Made by a program: the position numbers and the translations under genes
In this document: positions 28,986-40,676 of the stretch, in pieces
Numbering within the stretch: the stretch's first letter is position 1
Layout: every line of letters begins with the position of its first letter
Notes under the pieces: generated by a model
The model's database searches: none
Seen by the model: the letters and a program-made list of their open reading frames with translations, nothing else
What the model was told of the DNA's origin: nothing
NCBI GenBank assembly: GCA_046485285.1
Contig: JAWOHE010000062.1
Span: 1-44,748, forward strand
DNA length: 44,748 bases
Origin: a bacterium
Lineage (GTDB): Bacteria > Hydrothermota > Tepidihabitantia > Tepidihabitantales > Tepidihabitantaceae
Direction of reading: 5' to 3'

Positions 28986-29858
28986 ATGCTGACGTTGCTC
29001 TTGCTGACGCTCCTGGCCCAGGCACCCCATCAGGGCGTCCCCGGGGCCGAACAGCACGGCCTCGGCGAGGAAGAGATAACCGGCGAGGCGACCGTGCTGA
29101 TAACCGACCGCAAGATTCCATTCGCCCCGCAGTTTGACCCGCTCTCGGCCGTCCAGGACCACCTTTTGCCGGATAGCTACGTCTTCGACGAAACCCTCTC
29201 GCGCACCGCCGACTCCCTCAGCATCCCCCACCACTTCATCAGGTCCTCCTACCTCCGCGTGCCTGTAGAGAAGGACTTCATCTACGGCGACATCATGGTG
29301 TTTCTGCCGGTGTTCGAGAGACGAGTCTCAACGTGGACGCTTGACATATCCAACTCCCTCGGCGAGACCGTGAGGCGGGTCACCAGATCCGGGCATCCAC
29401 CGGCCACAATTACCTGGGACGGCAGAACCGACAACGGCGAGCCAATAGCGACAGGCGACGTCTACAGCTTCACCTTCAACGCCTTTGACGCACAGGGTAA
29501 CCAGACTCGCCTGCCCGGGATACCCCGACGCGTTGACGCCATGGTGTTCCGTGCTGACAAGGAAGCCACGGTCTCACTCGCCGCTGAACTGCTCTTCGTG
29601 CATGGCACAAGCCGCCTCCATGAGGCTGCTGCACGCCGCCTCGACGAGGCCGCGAACATCATCCGCGAGGCTCCTCGCAGAGAGGTCATCATCTACGTCT
29701 ACTCCGAGTTCGAGAGGCTCTCGACCGAACGCTGCAACGTCATGCGCGCAGAGATCGAACGGCGCGTCGTCCTGCCATCGGGCGCCCTGTCAGTTGCGCC
29801 CAGGTTCACCCCCGGTCTCAAGCCCAAGTTCTCAAAGGTTGAGATCCTGGTTCGCTAG
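28986..29858 (+). CDS. Exported FlgD-Ig plus degenerate OmpA-C-like protein
   Basis: WTLDISNSLGETVR...WDGRTDNG; LLFVHGTSRL...LDEAA...LSTERC. Confidence 0.7.
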   Translation: MLTLLLLTLLAQAPHQGVPGAEQHGLGEEEITGEATVLITDRKIPFAPQFDPLSAVQDHLLPDSYVFDETLSRTADSLSIPHHFIRSSYLRVPVEKDFIYGDIMVFLPVFERRVSTWTLDISNSLGETVRRVTRSGHPPATITWDGRTDNGEPIATGDVYSFTFNAFDAQGNQTRLPGIPRRVDAMVFRADKEATVSLAAELLFVHGTSRLHEAAARRLDEAANIIREAPRREVIIYVYSEFERLSTERCNVMRAEIERRVVLPSGALSVAPRFTPGLKPKFSKVEILVR

Positions 29859-29979
29859 TATTCCATCGAAACTGCCGGCCGCCAATCGAGCATGACGACA
29901 ACCGGTTTCAGTACAGTTCTGTGCGATCGCGGCCCGGACGCTTGTTGACTGACCCGGCTGGTCGATTAGTATAGCCGTC

Positions 29980-31422
29980 ATGAAAGACGAAGGCCTCGTA
30001 AGGGAGATACCGAGGAAGTCCGAGGACTTCTCCGAGTGGTACTCCGCGGTCGTGCTCAAGTCAGGACTTGCCGACTACGCGCCGGTACGCGGCTGCATGG
30101 TCATCCGGCCCCATGGCTACGCCCTCTGGGAGAACATGCAGGCCCGACTCGACGCCCGCTTCAAGGCGACCGGCCACGTCAACGCCTACTTCCCCACGCT
30201 AATCCCCGAGAGCTTCTTCAAGAAGGAAGCCCGGCACGTCGAAGGCTTCGCGCCCGAGGTCTGGTGGGTGACTCATCGTGGCGCGGACGAACTCGAGGAG
30301 CGGCTGGCCCTGCGCCCGACCTCGGAAGCGGTCATCAACGCGATGTTCGCCCGCTGGGTTAAATCCTGGCGTGACCTGCCGGTGCTGATGAACCAGTGGT
30401 GCAACATCTTCCGCGCCGAGAAGGCGACCCGGCTCTTCCTGCGCACGAGCGAGTTTCTCTGGCAAGAAGGCCACACTCTCCACCGCACGCAGGAGGAGGC
30501 TGAAGAAGAGACGCTGAAGATCCTGAACCTCTACCTCGACTTCCTGAAGAACGACCTCGCCCTGCCCGTGCTGGCCGGGCTGAAGCCCGAGAGCGAGAAG
30601 TTCGCGGGCGCGGACAAGACCTACGCGATGGAAGCGATGATGCCCGACGGGCAGGCCCTGCAGGCCGGGACGTCGCACAACCTCGGCCAGGGTTTCGCAC
30701 GGGCGTTCGAGATCAAGTACCTGGACGAGAACAACACCGAACAGCTCCCCTGGGGCACTTCCTGGGGCGTTACGACCCGGCTCATCGGCGCGCTGGTGAT
30801 GACCCACGGTGACGACCGCGGGCTGTTCCTGCCCCCGAAGGTCGCCCCGATCCAGGCGGTTATCGTACCGGTCCTGTTTGGCAAGAACGACGAAGCGGTA
30901 CTGGCCCGGTGTCGCGAGGCGGAGGCGGTGCTCGAAGGCATCCGGGTCCGGGCCGACTTCTCAACCAACCAGACCGCGGGCTGGAAGTACAACCAGTACG
31001 AGATGCTGGGCGTGCCGGTCCGGGTCGAGATCGGACCGAAGGACGTCGAAAAGCAGGGCGCGGTGCTCGTGCCCCGGGACGGCAGCGGCAAGCGGTTCAT
31101 CAAGTTCGCGGACCTGCGGGCAGAAGTCGAGAAGCTGCTCGACGAGGTCCAGGCCGCGATGTATCGGAACGCGCTCACACGGCTGGAAGCGATGATGTCC
31201 GAGGCCGGCGATTTCGAGGAGTTCCGCCGGAAGCTGGCCGAGAAGCCGGGCTTCGTTCGGGTGGCGTGGTGCGGAACGCAGGAGTGTGAGAACCGCATCG
31301 TCGCGGAGACAAGAACCACCCCGCGGGTAATGGTCCCGACGGAGCAGGGCGAAACGCACCGCAGGTGCATCGCCTGCGGCAGGGACACGGACACCGTCAT
31401 CTACTACGCCCGGACCTATTGA
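29980..31422 (+). CDS. proS: Proline--tRNA ligase, archaeal/eukaryote-like type
   Basis: FSEWY, ALRPTSE, FLRTSEFLWQEGHT, LQAGTSHNLGQ, ends YYARTY. Confidence 0.97.
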   Translation: MKDEGLVREIPRKSEDFSEWYSAVVLKSGLADYAPVRGCMVIRPHGYALWENMQARLDARFKATGHVNAYFPTLIPESFFKKEARHVEGFAPEVWWVTHRGADELEERLALRPTSEAVINAMFARWVKSWRDLPVLMNQWCNIFRAEKATRLFLRTSEFLWQEGHTLHRTQEEAEEETLKILNLYLDFLKNDLALPVLAGLKPESEKFAGADKTYAMEAMMPDGQALQAGTSHNLGQGFARAFEIKYLDENNTEQLPWGTSWGVTTRLIGALVMTHGDDRGLFLPPKVAPIQAVIVPVLFGKNDEAVLARCREAEAVLEGIRVRADFSTNQTAGWKYNQYEMLGVPVRVEIGPKDVEKQGAVLVPRDGSGKRFIKFADLRAEVEKLLDEVQAAMYRNALTRLEAMMSEAGDFEEFRRKLAEKPGFVRVAWCGTQECENRIVAETRTTPRVMVPTEQGETHRRCIACGRDTDTVIYYARTY

Positions 31423-31468
31423 CCCGGCTGTCCGGATGTCTGCCCGCGTGCAGGGCGCAGGCGGGCCC

Positions 31469-33094
31469 CTAGCGGATCGTAATCAGCGGCAGGAGCTTCG
31501 CGAGTGTCTTAGGACCGATCCCCTTGACTCTGCCGAGGTCGTCGACTGCCCGGAAAGCGCCGATGGAGGACCGGTATTCGATTATTCGTGCGGCGGTCTT
31601 CGGACCGATGCCGGGCAGCCGCTCGAGCTCGGCGGCATCGGCGGTGTTGATGTTGACCGACCCGCGGAGGCCCTCGATCGGGGCGAATCCCGGGCCGGCA
31701 GAAGTGCGCCTCGGGAGAGCCACTGCCCGCAGAGTATCAATACGCCCGGCATGCTCGAGCCAGAGCCCGGTCAGCGACACCGCGACCGATCGCCCCGGCA
31801 CGGTGATGCCGGAGGCGGCGAGCAGTCGCTCCGTCGTCACGACTCGCCACTCTGGCTTGCGCAGGGCCGGCCTGAGCCGGGCCACCTCGCGCCCGAGTGG
31901 CCAGCCAACGTCCGCGCCGGGCATCACGAGAATATCGGCGCCTGCTACCATCGGTGCGGGGAGCTTGGGGTCCCGGCCCCGGATGAGTGCGTGCAGCAGC
32001 GTGTCATCAAGCTGCGCTACGCGAAGCCGATCCTCGAACGGCGCGACCGCCCTAAGCTCGTGCCTTCTCGGCCGGCCCGCCGCCAGGCCTGACCCGACCA
32101 CCTCTAACGGCAGGATTGCGACATCGGCAGCTGCCCGATCACGGCAGGCCTCGGCCAGCACTGCCGCGGTCTCCGTACGCCCGAGCTCGACGGACACGAA
32201 CGGCCCGGCTGAGTCCTCGCTTGGGATCGCGACCTCGGCGATCAGGCGCTCGAGACCGTCAGAGCCTCGATCAGCCGGTAGCACGTTCACCGAACGACGA
32301 TTGACCTGTAGGAGCCGGCGAGTCTTGCGGTCAAACAGCATGTCGACAACCGCGAGCCGCTGTGACATACGCGGCACCGGTACCAGCCGGTCGTGGCTTG
32401 CCGCGCCGCCGTCATCCGGACAGACGGCCAGCGCAAGCGCGGGAAAGCTGTCGAGCAACAGGACGCCTTCGGCGGGCGGGAAGCTGCCCAGGGCAATGAT
32501 AACGTCAGGCGTGTCGGCAACGACTGCCGGCAGGTAGCGCCGCAGTTGCTCGAGCGGGCTGCCCGGGACAAAGGCCGCGGCATCGCCTGCGGAGACGACC
32601 GGCACAGACAAGGCCACAAGTGCCACCCGCAGGCCGGCAACGTCTCGAACGACCCACGGCCGGAACAGCGGCGTGCGTCGGTTCAGCAGGACATCAAGTA
32701 TCGGATCGGCCAGCACTGGGAAGCCCGCGAGCCGAGCCAGCACCTCGAGGTTGTTGATCCCCCATGTGAAGTCGCGCGCCCCGACCGCGGCCCCATCGTA
32801 ACCGGCGAGGTTCATGTACCGCACCGCCGCCCGCCCCCAAGTTGCCGTGGCCTCGGCCGAGCCAGCCGCGTAGTTGCCGCAGTCAAGGAGCAATGCCGGT
32901 TCGGCACGCTCGACGCCGATTGTCTGTTCGAGCCCGCGCCAGCCGCCAAGCAGACGCCGCGGCTCGCCCGGTGCCTCGAAATCCGGTGCTGGCCGGATCC
33001 GGCACTCGACATTGGCGGTCACCAGCAACCGGACCCGGCCGATTTCTCCGTCCGGCTGGGCACAGAACAGGTTGATTGCCACCAGCAGGGCCAC
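31469..33094 (-). CDS. Degenerate 5'-nucleotidase-like protein fused to ComEA helix-hairpin-helix domain
   Basis: LLLDCGN, MNLAGYDGAAVGARDF; VNINTADAAELERLPGIGPKTAARII. Confidence 0.8.
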   Translation of the reverse strand: MALLVAINLFCAQPDGEIGRVRLLVTANVECRIRPAPDFEAPGEPRRLLGGWRGLEQTIGVERAEPALLLDCGNYAAGSAEATATWGRAAVRYMNLAGYDGAAVGARDFTWGINNLEVLARLAGFPVLADPILDVLLNRRTPLFRPWVVRDVAGLRVALVALSVPVVSAGDAAAFVPGSPLEQLRRYLPAVVADTPDVIIALGSFPPAEGVLLLDSFPALALAVCPDDGGAASHDRLVPVPRMSQRLAVVDMLFDRKTRRLLQVNRRSVNVLPADRGSDGLERLIAEVAIPSEDSAGPFVSVELGRTETAAVLAEACRDRAAADVAILPLEVVGSGLAAGRPRRHELRAVAPFEDRLRVAQLDDTLLHALIRGRDPKLPAPMVAGADILVMPGADVGWPLGREVARLRPALRKPEWRVVTTERLLAASGITVPGRSVAVSLTGLWLEHAGRIDTLRAVALPRRTSAGPGFAPIEGLRGSVNINTADAAELERLPGIGPKTAARIIEYRSSIGAFRAVDDLGRVKGIGPKTLAKLLPLITIR

Positions 33095-33189
33095 AGTGGC
33101 AATATAACCGCCCGTGAAATCGAAGTCAAAGTCGGCGAACCGCCGGCGCGTCCTTGACTCGCGGGGTCGAAGTCCTAGAATGGCCCGTC

Positions 33190-34377
33190 ATGGACCTCTT
33201 CAACAAGTGCCTGCAGTACTACCCTGTAGTTGAGACGGCCCAGCGGGTCGGCTACTACCCGTACTTCATTCCGCTCAACTCCGAACCCGACCGCCGGGTG
33301 GTCATCGACGGACGCGAGCTGGTGATGCTCGGCTCGAACAACTACCTCGGCCTGACAACCCACCCCAGGCTAAAGGAAGCGGCCCTTGACGCCATCCGCC
33401 GCTACGGGACCGGCTGCACCGGCTCGCGCTTCCTGAACGGTACGCTCGACCTCCACATCCGGCTCGAACGCGAGCTGGCGGAGTTCTACGGCAAGGAAGA
33501 CTGCATCGTCTTCTCTACCGGCTACCAGGCCAACCTCGGCGTGATGTCGGCCCTCGTCGGCAAGCACGACATCGCGGTCACCGACAAGCTTGACCACGCC
33601 TCGATAATGGACGGCTGTAAGATGTCCTACGGCTCGGTCAAGCGCTTCCAGCACAATGACCCTGAGTCGTTCGCGCGCCTGCTCGAGAAGCTGCCCGCCG
33701 ACTCGGGCAAGCTGGTCGTCGTGGACGGTGTCTTCTCGATGGAAGGCGACCTGTCGCCGCTCGACAAGCTGGTCCCGGTCGCGAAGACACACGGCTGCCG
33801 GTTCCTGGTCGATGACGCCCACGCGGTGGGCGTCGTCGGGCCTGACGGACGCGGCACCTGCGCGCACTTCGGGGTCGAGAAGGACGTCGACCTGATTCTC
33901 GGCACCTTCTCCAAGTCGTTCGCCTCGATCGGTGGCTACGTCGTCGGCGAACACAAGGTCATAACCTTCATCCGTCATAATGCCCGCTCGCTCATCTTCT
34001 CGGCCGCGATACCGCCGCCGGCTGTCGCCACCGTCCTCGCCGCGCTCGACATCATCCGGACCGAGCCCGACCGCCGGGAACGCCTCTGGAAGAACTCCCG
34101 CCGAATGCTCGAAGGCCTGCGGGCGATGGGCTACGACATCGGCCGCACGGTCACGCCGATCATACCGATCCACATCGGCGAAGACATGAAGACTCTCAAC
34201 TTCTGGCGCGCGCTATACGACGGCGGCATCTTCGCCAACCCGGTCCTGCCACCCGCGGTCCCGCCCAACCGTTCGCTAATCCGGACGAGCTACATGGCCA
34301 CCCACACCGACGAGGACATCGACCTCGCTCTCGAGCTCTTCGAGCGCATCGGCCGCAGATTCGGCCTCCTCGCCTAG
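33190..34377 (+). CDS. spt: Serine palmitoyltransferase (alpha-oxoamine synthase family)
   Basis: GYYPYF, GSNNYLGL, GTGCTGSRFLNGTLDLH, DHASI, GTFSKS; resembles Bacteroides-type Spt. Confidence 0.8.
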   Translation: MDLFNKCLQYYPVVETAQRVGYYPYFIPLNSEPDRRVVIDGRELVMLGSNNYLGLTTHPRLKEAALDAIRRYGTGCTGSRFLNGTLDLHIRLERELAEFYGKEDCIVFSTGYQANLGVMSALVGKHDIAVTDKLDHASIMDGCKMSYGSVKRFQHNDPESFARLLEKLPADSGKLVVVDGVFSMEGDLSPLDKLVPVAKTHGCRFLVDDAHAVGVVGPDGRGTCAHFGVEKDVDLILGTFSKSFASIGGYVVGEHKVITFIRHNARSLIFSAAIPPPAVATVLAALDIIRTEPDRRERLWKNSRRMLEGLRAMGYDIGRTVTPIIPIHIGEDMKTLNFWRALYDGGIFANPVLPPAVPPNRSLIRTSYMATHTDEDIDLALELFERIGRRFGLLA

Positions 34378-34380
34378 CCG

Positions 34381-35499
34381 ATGGCGCTCGACGTCAGCCC
34401 GGTGCGCGACGCCCGGGGCCTCGGGCAGTTCATCCAGCTGGCGTACGGTATCTACCGCGCCGATCGCTGCTGGGTCGCCCCGCTCGAGTCGGACCTACGC
34501 GACACGCTGACGCCGGGCCGGAGTGCCTTCTGGGAGCACGCCGGGCGCGAGCTATTCCTGGCCCGGCGCGAGGGCCGGCCCGTCGGCCGCGTCGCCGCCA
34601 TCGTCGACCGCAACTACAACTCCTGGCACCAGTCGGCAATCGGCTTCTTCGGTTTCTTCGAGTCCCGGGACGACCCCGAGGCTGCCCGTGCCCTGCTCAC
34701 CGCGGCCGAGAACTGGTGCCGCGCCGCCGGCATCGGCCAGGTCTACGGACCGGCCAACCCCTCGATGAACGACGAGTGCGGGCTGCTCATCGAGCCCTTC
34801 GACACGCCGCCGCTCATCAAGATGAGCTACAACCCCGACTACTACCCCAGGCTCATCGAAGCCGCGGGCTACTCGAAGGTCAAAGACCTCTACGCCTTCC
34901 GGCTCGACCTTTCCAAACCGATCCCCGACAAGGTCATCAGGGTCATCGAGGCCCACAAGGCCTCGGGCGAGCTCGTCGCCCGGCCCTTCGACCTCGCCAA
35001 CATCAAGCGCGACCTCGGCTACGTCAAGGAAGTCTACAACGACGCCTGGTCCCGCAACTGGGATTTCGCGCCGATGACCGAGGACGAGATCGACGACCTC
35101 GCCCGCAAGTTCCGGCCGATCGTCCGTCCGGAGCTCTGCCCGCTCGTCTTCTGGAAAGGCGAGGTGGCAGGGATGGCTATCGGCCTGCCCGACTACAACG
35201 AAGTGCTCATCCGGATGCGCGGCCGGATGCTGCCGTTCGGCTGGCTGCACTACCTGTTCGGCCGCAACCGCATCGACCACTCGCGGCTCTGGGCGCTGGG
35301 CGTCAAACGCCGGTTCCAGCACCTCGGGCTGGGCTCGGTGATGTACCACGAGGCGATAACCGGCGCTCGCCGGCTCGGCCACACCTGGGGCGAGATGTCC
35401 TGGATTCTCGAGGATAACGAAGCCATCATCCGGCCGATCCGCCTGCTCGGCGGCGAGAAGTACAAGACCTACCGCATCTACCAAAAGACGCTGGCCTGA
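34381..35499 (+). CDS. GNAT-fold YghO/bacterial ceramide synthase-like protein
   Basis: IY..D..WVAPL, VGRVAAI, FGFFE, GLLIEPFDTPP..MSYNPDYY, EMSWILEDN. Confidence 0.75.
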   Translation: MALDVSPVRDARGLGQFIQLAYGIYRADRCWVAPLESDLRDTLTPGRSAFWEHAGRELFLARREGRPVGRVAAIVDRNYNSWHQSAIGFFGFFESRDDPEAARALLTAAENWCRAAGIGQVYGPANPSMNDECGLLIEPFDTPPLIKMSYNPDYYPRLIEAAGYSKVKDLYAFRLDLSKPIPDKVIRVIEAHKASGELVARPFDLANIKRDLGYVKEVYNDAWSRNWDFAPMTEDEIDDLARKFRPIVRPELCPLVFWKGEVAGMAIGLPDYNEVLIRMRGRMLPFGWLHYLFGRNRIDHSRLWALGVKRRFQHLGLGSVMYHEAITGARRLGHTWGEMSWILEDNEAIIRPIRLLGGEKYKTYRIYQKTLA

Positions 35500-35507
35500 C
35501 CGCCGGC

Positions 35508-36542
35508 TCAGCGCGGTGTGAAGGTCCGAAGCACCGCCTCCGCCTGGAACAGCCCATCGAGTTTTCTCCGGCCTGGGTTGAAGACGAGCGCGTCGATCAG
35601 GAAGAACCGGCCCTGGTAGTTGAGGCAGTAACTCACGAACGGGCCGCCGATGGCGTCGCGCCGGTTCTGCCAGATCCCGGAAATCCGCAGGCAGGAATCG
35701 CCCAGGAAGTCGACGAACCGCGCCTCGCGCAGGCTGTCGGCCGAGGAATCGCCGTCGTAGTACTCCGCGGTCAGCCGGTCGCGCAGGTCGAACATCAGCC
35801 CCGGATCAAGCCTGCGCTCGTCCTCCTGCCAGTAGACGAAGACGTTGCGGTCCGGGTGGTGGCCGAACAGATAGACGAACCCGACGACGGCATTCTCCTG
35901 GTTCAGGAACCAGCTCGCCGGCACGTCGACACCGAAGGCGAATCTCTCGCGGAGCGAATCGGTCGCCGCCTTGTTCAGCCCCCGATGGTAGACAGCGCGG
36001 GCGCTGTGGTCCAGCACTATCTTCCGGCAGGTCTCCCGGATGCGTTCGGCGTAGCGCCCGAGCCCGGCCGCGAGCAGGGTGTCGCCCTCGGACGCGAAGA
36101 CGAGGAGTTCCTGGTTCGCGGCCCAGGGATTGGGCACGCGGAACAGGCCGAACCCGTCGGGCAGCGAGTCGGCGCGCGCTCCGAGCACGCCGCGGACGAC
36201 CGTGTCCCGGCTCGTCCCGACCAGCAGCACCGTCCTGAAGAGCGACCAGGTCCGGAACTGGCCCGGCTCGAAGAACCTCAGCTCGAACTCGGACTCCGGC
36301 TGCGGCGTCGGCACCGGCAACTGGAGAATGAGCCGCATCGCCGGCTCGACAACTGCCCGCTGACTGGTGACGACCGTTACCTCGCGCAACGGCCCGACCG
36401 CCGGAGACACGTAACGCCGGCACCCCGACAGCAGCAACGCCGCGCCCGCCAGCGCGAAAACCACGCCGGTCCGACCCAATCGCGCCGCTGGCCTGGCGTA
36501 ACTGACCAAGGATATGTTATTTGAGCCGGTTTGTTTGACCAC
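35508..36542 (-). CDS. DUF4837-like lipoprotein
   Basis: Lipobox LSGC; TPQPE, NPWAANQ, GIW...GGPFVSY, FNPGRRK; start uncertain. Confidence 0.75.
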   Translation of the reverse strand: MVKQTGSNNISLVSYARPAARLGRTGVVFALAGAALLLSGCRRYVSPAVGPLREVTVVTSQRAVVEPAMRLILQLPVPTPQPESEFELRFFEPGQFRTWSLFRTVLLVGTSRDTVVRGVLGARADSLPDGFGLFRVPNPWAANQELLVFASEGDTLLAAGLGRYAERIRETCRKIVLDHSARAVYHRGLNKAATDSLRERFAFGVDVPASWFLNQENAVVGFVYLFGHHPDRNVFVYWQEDERRLDPGLMFDLRDRLTAEYYDGDSSADSLREARFVDFLGDSCLRISGIWQNRRDAIGGPFVSYCLNYQGRFFLIDALVFNPGRRKLDGLFQAEAVLRTFTPR

Positions 36543-36545
36543 AAG

Positions 36546-38618
36546 TCACCCCACTCTCATTAGTTCCTCGCACCCGGACCACCGCGCCTCGAGCGCCTGC
36601 CGGACCGCCTCGTGCCCTGGAGCGGAGAGTCCCGGATCCAGTTCGACGAGACGAAAGGCGTCGCGCCGCGCTGCATCGAGGAGTTCGCGGTCAGCGACGA
36701 GGTCCGCGACGCGCAGGTCAGGCAGGCCGGACTGGCGCGTGCCGAGCATCTCGCCCGGCCCGCGCAGCTCGAGGTCCCTCTCTGCCAGCTTGAAGCCGTC
36801 GGCGTTCGCCGCGAAGTAGCGCAGCCGCTCGAGACTCTCCGGTGACCCGCGCGGCGCCATCAGCACGCAGATGGCCTGCTGGCCGCCGCGCCCGACCCGG
36901 CCGCGCAGCTGGTGCAGTTGGGCCAGCCCGAACCGCTCCGGGTGCTCAATCATCATCACTGCCGCGTTCGGCACGTCGACCCCGACCTCGACGACCGTCG
37001 TCGTCACCAGGATGTCAAGCTCACCGCGCCGGAATCGATCCATCACCGCGTCGCGCTCGTCTGCCAGCATCCGACCGTGCACCAGCCCGACCCGCCGCCC
37101 CGCAGACGCCTGCCGCACCCGCTCGAACGTCGCCACCGCGGACTGCAGGTCCAGCTTCTCGCTCTGCTCGATGATCGGGCAGACGACAAAGGCCTGCTCG
37201 CCCCGGCCGACCCGCTCCTCGATGTAGTCGTAGACCCGCTGGCGGTGGCCCTCGGGCACGACCCTGGTGACAACCTCCTTACGCCCGGCCGGCTTCTCGT
37301 CGAGCAGCGACAGATCGAGATCGCCGTGGACCGTCAGCACCAGCGTCCGCGGTATCGGCGTCGCGGTCATCACCAAGAAGTCGGGGTTCTCGTCCTTGTT
37401 GAGCAGGGCCGCCCGCTGCATCACTCCGAAGCGGTGCTGCTCGTCGATGACCGCGAGCCCGAGCCGCCTGAACCGGACCTCGTCCTCGATCAGCGCGTGG
37501 GTGCCGAACACCATTCCGACCGTGCCCGCCGCGAGCCCGGCGAGAACCTCGCGCCGAACCGCCACCTTCGTCGAGCCGGTCAACAGCCGGGCGTCCACGC
37601 CCAGCCTCGCCAGCGCGTCCCGCCAGCCGAGGAAATGCTGGCCGGCCAGTATCTCGGTCGGCGCCATCAGCGCTGCCTGCGCCCCGTTCTCAACCGCCAC
37701 CAGCATCGCGTAGATGGCCACGACTGTCTTGCCCGAGCCGACGTCGCCCTGTAGCAGCCGGTTCATGCAGCGGTCGCGGCCCATGTCGGTGAGAATCTCG
37801 GCGATGACCCGCTCCTGGGCGGCGGTGAAATCAAACCCGACCAGCGCGCGGAAGCGGTCGGTCAGCGCCCGGGTCTCGACCATCGCCCGGCCCCTGCGGA
37901 GCGCGGCCTGCCGGTGGTGACGCAGTGCCAGCAGCACTTCGAGGTGAAACAACTCCTCGTAGGCGAGCCGGGCCCGCGCCTGACTGGCCGCGGCCAGGTT
38001 CGGCGGGTAGTGCACCGCCTCGAGTGCCTGCAGGATCCCCGGGAATCGGTACTGCTCCAGCACCGCCACGGGCAGCCCTTCCAGCAGGTGACCGCCCCAG
38101 CGGTCCAGCGCCAGCCGCACCGCCCGGCGCAGAGTCCAGGTCGAGAGCCCCTCGGTCAGCGGGTAGACCGGGATTATCGCCACGGCGCCCGAGCACTCTC
38201 CCGCCTCGTCGAGAAACTCGAATGCCGGGTTGACCATCTGGGGCTGCCTGTAGACAGTGACCTTGCCCGAGAGCATCACCTCCTGACCGGCGGCGAAGCG
38301 GTCCTTGAGATCGGGCCGGTTGAACCACAGCGCCTCGATGACCCCGGAGTCGTCGCCGACGATGCAGGACACGAGCTGGCGGCGCTGCCTCGTCCGCCGG
38401 GCGCCGACCGCCAGCACCCGCCCGAAAACCGTCACCTCGTCACCGGCCGCCAGTCGGCCGATCGGCGCGGTCGTCGACCGGTCAACGTAGCGGCGGGGGA
38501 CGTGGAAGAGCAGGTCGCGGACGGTCCGGATGCCGACCTTCGCGAGCAGGGCGGCCCGCTTCGGTCCGATTCCCTTGACAAACTGGACCGGCGTGTCGAG
38601 CCCGCTCTCGGCCTGCAT
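36546..38618 (-). CDS. recG: ATP-dependent DNA helicase RecG
   Basis: QGDVGSGKT, DEQHRFG, MTATPIPRT, QLHQLRGRVGRG. Confidence 0.98.
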   Translation of the reverse strand: MQAESGLDTPVQFVKGIGPKRAALLAKVGIRTVRDLLFHVPRRYVDRSTTAPIGRLAAGDEVTVFGRVLAVGARRTRQRRQLVSCIVGDDSGVIEALWFNRPDLKDRFAAGQEVMLSGKVTVYRQPQMVNPAFEFLDEAGECSGAVAIIPVYPLTEGLSTWTLRRAVRLALDRWGGHLLEGLPVAVLEQYRFPGILQALEAVHYPPNLAAASQARARLAYEELFHLEVLLALRHHRQAALRRGRAMVETRALTDRFRALVGFDFTAAQERVIAEILTDMGRDRCMNRLLQGDVGSGKTVVAIYAMLVAVENGAQAALMAPTEILAGQHFLGWRDALARLGVDARLLTGSTKVAVRREVLAGLAAGTVGMVFGTHALIEDEVRFRRLGLAVIDEQHRFGVMQRAALLNKDENPDFLVMTATPIPRTLVLTVHGDLDLSLLDEKPAGRKEVVTRVVPEGHRQRVYDYIEERVGRGEQAFVVCPIIEQSEKLDLQSAVATFERVRQASAGRRVGLVHGRMLADERDAVMDRFRRGELDILVTTTVVEVGVDVPNAAVMMIEHPERFGLAQLHQLRGRVGRGGQQAICVLMAPRGSPESLERLRYFAANADGFKLAERDLELRGPGEMLGTRQSGLPDLRVADLVADRELLDAARRDAFRLVELDPGLSAPGHEAVRQALEARWSGCEELMRVG

Positions 38619-40671
<2,053 letters not shown>

Positions 40672-40676
40672 CTTGT

